Below, in pieces: positions 58,501 through 64,000 of a stretch of 64,000 bases of DNA. The notes under the pieces were generated by a model. It was not told the origin of the DNA. It made no database searches and saw only the letters and a program-made list of their open reading frames with translations. The translations under genes and the position numbers were made by a program. This stretch comes from the human T2T-CHM13v2.0 reference genome, Homo sapiens, in assembly GCF_009914755.1 (NCBI RefSeq), contig NC_060932.1, one strand, 5' to 3'. Positions within the stretch are counted from its first letter, which is position 1. Each line of letters begins with the position of its first letter.

Positions 58501-60610
58501 AACTGTTTTCTTTCTTTCTTTTTTTTTTTTAATAAAAAGAACAAATAAGTGTAGAATTTGACCAAATCATTTTCATTTTTGTAAATACTATAGGCTCTTG
58601 GAAGGCTGGAGGTTATTACTAAGGGTTTGCTAGGACTTACCATGGGTTTTCTCAGCTTAGAATGTTAGTTTCCTTGAAAAACTACTGTGGCAAGCGTTGA
58701 ACAAACTACGTGTTTATCAACACTGATGATGTGTATTTATGGATGCAAAAAGAAAAGACTAGGAAGAGGAGGGGAAAATGTGGTACCTACTACAAGTTTC
58801 TTCCAGCTTTGAGCCTAAAATAATGTAAGAAGAGATCATCAACAAAATATGAATAGTAATAATCTTCTGGGAAAAAAAGAAAAAGAAACCAAGGGTAAAA
58901 TGAACTGAATGAAAATGAAAATAGCTTCATATGGAAGAAAGTAGACACATTAAAATCAAGAGTAAAAATAATCAAATTGATGCCCCAGGTGCAATGAAGG
59001 TAGAAAAATATTTTAGAGCTCTGAGAAACATTTGAGAGCTGAATTAAACAGGCTAAATTAATCTTTGAGCAATTTTCGTACTGGGGAAGACTGAATTCAT
59101 TTTTTTCACCTTAGCAAATTTTTCACCTTACTGAATTAATCTCCCCATGGACAAAAAAGCCATTTACATTTTTTAAGTACAGAAAGATCTGAGGGTTTTC
59201 AAAGAAGCTTTAAAAGGTATGAGTCATCATTACAAGTGTGTGAACAATTGGGTTTTTAAAGTCCTTTAAGTCTATACTTGTGAGTGATTTTAGAAATCCT
59301 GAATGCAAATCCCAATATTTATAGCATTGCTTTCCTTGCAAAGTAAACAGAGCAGAAGAGGAAGGTCAAGTAAAATTTAAGAAGACGCTTTATCTATCAT
59401 TAAGTAAAATGTGAGTAAGTAATGCAGAATATCAAATGCAGACTGATTCATTTTATAAGGAAATAGAAAGTATCTGATATTATTGCAAAATTAATAGCTT
59501 TGATTCACCTCATTTGTTTTTCCAAAACGTATACATTTATTCATTTAATATCCTCTACACACACACACACACACGTTTTTCATCTAAAGTACTTTTTTAT
59601 TTTACCCCCAAAATAAACAATTGTACAATTTTCATGTTTGCCAAGTTAGACTAACAGTTGAGCATCCAAATAAGTAATGAAAAAATGTGCTTTAAAATTG
59701 GAAATTTTGACTTCCTACAACTTCTGAATTTAATGGAAGATAGTTTCCAAATTCCCAACAGATGTTAATTTTTCAAATTTGTAGATAAGAAGTCTGAATT
59801 CCTGGGAACTACCAGGAAAACATAGTTTAGGTTCACCTAACATTTCGTAGGATTCATTTTTAAATGAATTCTTCTCTTCATACTTGCTGATATCTTATGT
59901 GGGGTGTTACTTTTATGATAACTTCCTCAGATCCACAAGATGTGTCTTCAAATTGATCTTCTCTATGGCATTTCAATACTCAGAAAAACTTATAAAATTT
60001 GTAACATTTGTCCATGTTACTATTTATTCTGTTTCTGAGTTCGCTGATGTAAATGTTAGGTAAGACTGCCTGCACCATTTTATCAAATTTGCATTCACAA
60101 ACATATTCAAGTCTCACTATCATTTCTACCGATGAACTAGTCCTCCATGTTCACCAAACCCCCTTTCCTTAACCTACCCCCAAAATCCCTTGGCACCTGC
60201 TATAACAATTGTGATGTTGAAATTTACCAAAAGCTTTCATAATAAATTATGTTCATCCACTTTCCTTTTTTCACATGCTGATTTATACCTCAAAGATCAA
60301 TAGTTATAGGAGTCATGATTATTTTCCCTTCCTTAAATCATGCAACTCTTTAGATAGCATTTTTGTCTATATTTTCAATGATTTTTATCCTTTATTACAA
60401 AATTCATCATTTTACTTCAATAGCAATGTGGCAACTGCTAAAAGATCATTAAATGGACAGACTATACGTTTTTAAAACCAGGGTTCAACTTCCTGAGTTA
60501 TCACCAACACCAGTAATAATAGGAAAAACACCCACAAATTTCTACATTTTTATATGAAATCTTCTAATTTTATAGAAGATAAGTTAAAGAATTAAAACTG
60601 CAGGAGGCAA

Positions 60611-60910
60611 GGCTGTATGTGGTGGCTCATGCCTATAATCCCAACACTTTGAGAGGCCGAGGTGAGAGGATCACTTGAGGCCAAGAGTTTGAGACCAGCC
60701 TAGGCAACATAGTGAAACTCTGTCTCTACAAAATTGTTTTTAAAAATTTAGCCAGGTGCAATGATGCTCACCTATAGTCCTAGCTACTTGGGAGCCTGAA
60801 GGGGGAGGATTGCTTGAGCCCAGGAGGTTGAGGCTGCCATGAGCTGTGATCATACCACTATACTCCAGCCTGGGAGAGACAACGAAACCCTGTCTAAAAA
60901 CAAACAAAGA
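60611..60910 (+). mobile_element. AluJ
   Basis: GAGGATCACTTGAGGCCAAGAG and GGATTGCTTGAGCCCAGGAGGTTGAGGCTGC. Confidence 0.92.
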
Positions 60911-62059
60911 AATTAACAAATAAACACACACACACAACTACAAGGGGCAAACAAAATCCTTCTATGGGCTAAATTTGGCCTATAAGAAACTAGGTTAGAA
61001 TCTCTGTGAATGCAATCACTACTTTACCTATCATAAGAAATCTAAAGTGATGAGAAAAACAAAGAATTAGGAAGGAAACCCAGGAAAAGGTTCAGGCCAA
61101 AGCATTACATGCAAGGAGCTTCTCATATATTTTCACTACGTGGGAAAGGGTACAGCATAGGGTCCTCTGAGAATGTGGACAGCTTGTGTAAACCACCTTG
61201 GCCTAATTGTACCTATTTAATTAGTTCTGTGTGTAGGAAGATAGTAACTATCAGTGATAATGACAATTTCTTCTCAACTTCAACTTTTTTTGGTTAATTC
61301 AGTTACATTCTAGATGTCTTTTCCCATTTTGAAGGTGACGTATAGCTTACAACATAGGAAGATAGAACACAAAAAAGCATACCTTTTATTTCACGTTCCA
61401 TAAGGACCAGCTGACAGTCTATGTTCATTTTTAGAATGACTCATCCGCTGACTAAAATGCAATCCTTTCCCTTGCCTTTTGGTTGTTGATGTTTCAGGAT
61501 AATAATACCTTTTCGGTGTGAATTCAAGAAATGCACAATAAAATGTATCTATTCTTGAGGGCAGATGGATGAGAACATTGACTCAAATGTAAACCACATG
61601 CTTGCAAAAAAGCTCAAGTTGCAGAAGGTGAATGTCATTTAAAAAATACTTGGCTCAAATTCTGGAGGCAGCCACTATAGAGATGGAATTTGCTCTGAAA
61701 GATCCAGATGTAGTGACTGACTGGACTATATTAGAACAACTTCTCAAATAAGATTAAGTATTCAAGCTCTATATGTTTATGTAAAGTGCTAGTAATTTCC
61801 TTTCAGATGTTGCTCACATAGCAGAGTTGGTTTAACTCTGTGCAAAAAGAAGTGTTCCTAAATTGGCAAAGTGAGTAATCTCTGAGATCAATGTATTCTT
61901 TGCATTTGGGTAAAACTTGAGAAGGAGGAAGATGGTTTAGAGCATTGTTCATAGAGGATCTACTAGAATATTCTGATTAGTCACAGTTTTTCCCTTGGGG
62001 ATCAATTGATGTCTTATGGGACTACAGAACCTCATGGAAGAGGATGATGGGTCATGTGT

Positions 62060-62453
62060 CATCATGAGCTGAATTGTCCTCCCAAAGTTCATATGTTGTT
62101 GAAGCCCTAAGCACCAGTCCCTCAGAGCGTGACTGTATTTGCAGATAAGACATAAAGAGGTGGTTAAAATTAAATGAGGCTATTAGGGTGGCCCCTAATC
62201 TTATCTGACTGATGTTCTTATAAATAAAATAAATTTGGACAGATAAGGAGATACCAGGTTTGCATGCATAGAGAAGAAAGGCTATATGAGGACACAGACA
62301 AAAGGCATGTCAAAAGGAGAGACCTCGGGAGAAAGCAACCCCGTGGCACAATGATCTTGCACTTCCAGCCTCCGGAACTGTGAGAAAATAAACTATTGTT
62401 TAAGTCATCCAGCCCGTCGTATTTTGTTATGACACCCCAAGCAATCTGGTACA
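62060..62453 (+). mobile_element. MLT1B-like MaLR solo LTR
   Basis: GAGCTGAATTGTCCTCCCAAAGTTCATATGTTG...CAGCCTCCGGAACTGTGAGAAAATAAA...TACA. Confidence 0.85.
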
Positions 62454-63269
62454 TGTGTATTTGGCAACTGGGTCATTAAGAAAACAACCATGTCTATACA
62501 TCTGTCTACTTTTCCAACTTACACTGACCCTGCAGAAGGTGCGGATATAGATTACAGCTCTCCTGTACGAGGAGCATGAATTTGATGAAAGAAACAGCCA
62601 TTGATTATATCAATGAAGCCTTCTGTTTTTCTTAAGATCATTGCTGGTCAAATTTTAGAAGTTAGAAACAGATGGTTAAGGTCAGTGATGTTTTCAAACA
62701 AAGTACTCTTAGAACGGATGATTTGTATTTCACAAGGAAAAAAATAATAGGTGTGCCAAAACTCTGGAGGAGTGAACGAATTACAAGAAAATGAAGCTTC
62801 ACGACACTCAAAGAAGTAAGAGGTTTTTGACTTTTCACTTTTCTGATGTAAAGACAGATGTCTACTAACAGAAAAGCATAAAGAGAAAGAAAAGGGAGCA
62901 TATTTTAAAACAGGTGCATTGTGACTAATACCCTAGTAAAATATGCATGAAAAATATTCATGCAACAACACAGAATAGATTTACAAAATGATCAGAGGAA
63001 ACTGTTCTTGCTCTATGGCTCATTCTCAAAAAGTCAGCAGACTGTATTTGATAAAACATGTAGAAAGATAAGAGATAAAAATATGTTTTACTAATAATTT
63101 TAGTATTAAAGATGTGAATATTTCTGAACTTTATTAGTATTAACAGTTTTAAAATATACTGTGCAAAGAGATCTCACTAATTGAAAGCACTATGAAAGTC
63201 AGTTTCCTATATTAGCCCATCTCTTCAAAAGAATAAATAACAGGAAGAGATGATGGAAGGACATATTTT

Positions 63270-64000
63270 CAACATTTTTATAATTTGATATCAACTCCAT
63301 TACAGTATAACTTTCATTTAAAAGTTGAACCTATTTTAAGCAAACAGTGTGATGATTTTGACAAATGTAACCACCATCACAATAAACTGTAGAATAATCC
63401 TATTATTCTAGAAAGTTCCTTTGCTCCCTTTCCAGTCAATCCTACCCACCTCTGCTTCTAGTCAATCATGCATATGCTTTTTCCATCTTTATAGATTTGA
63501 TTGGTCATTTCTAGATTGTCTTATAAATAGAATAATACAATGTATACTTTTTGTGACTGGCTTTTTCGCTTCACATCATGTTTTTGAGATCTACCCTCAT
63601 TGCTGCATATGGCAGTAGTTTTCTCATTTTTATTGTTGGATAATATCCTATTATGTGGATATTACCACAGTTTGTTTATCCATTCACCAGCTTATGGACA
63701 TGGCTGTTTAAAATTTTTGACTATTATGAATAAAGCAGTTATGAATGTTCACATGCCAGATTTTATGTAGACATACATTTTCATTTCTTTTTGGTAAATA
63801 CCTAAAAGTGGAATTTCTAGATAATTTGATAAGTGTATGGTAAACATTATAAAAAATTCCCAAACAGATTTCCAAAGTGATTATATCATTTTATACTCCT
63901 ATTTGAAATATATAAAAGTTCCAAGGCCAATACTTTTTATTGCTGATGTTTTCCATTATCAGCCATTCTACCAGGTGAGTGATACCCATTCTGGTCTGGA
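63270..64000 (-). mobile_element. Old L1 (L1MB/ME-like) 3' end, running off the window
   Basis: TTTGACAAATGTAACCACCATCACAAT, CCACAGTTTGTTTATCCATTCACC and CCAAAGTGATTATATCATTTTATACTCC. Confidence 0.85.

Overview
This is primate, probably human, genomic DNA: AT-rich, CpG-depleted and made almost entirely of transposon relics. I see no intact protein-coding gene, and every listed ORF is a repeat or pseudogene fragment or a chance ORF. Family names and parent-gene matches come from my recall of consensus sequences, not from a search. (1) Bases 1-10674 are a near full-length, decayed class I provirus (LTR, PBS-Ser, gag, pro, pol, env, LTR). Its env aligns with HEMO/ERVMER34-1, and it carries nested MER50, MST and Alu insertions. 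(2) Stacked old L1s show unusual rearrangements: a composite element, a 2.5 kb internal inversion, an ORF1-only copy, a twin-primed L1PA7-like copy and a ~44 bp young L1 tail. (3) A 5'-inverted, 5'-truncated SIRT5 processed pseudogene lies at ~42.8-43.6 kb. (4) Three short, non-tandem local duplications of ~70-180 bp look like templated repair patches. I cannot support a wholly new biological system. The best leads are the HEMO-paralogous provirus and the templated insertions.
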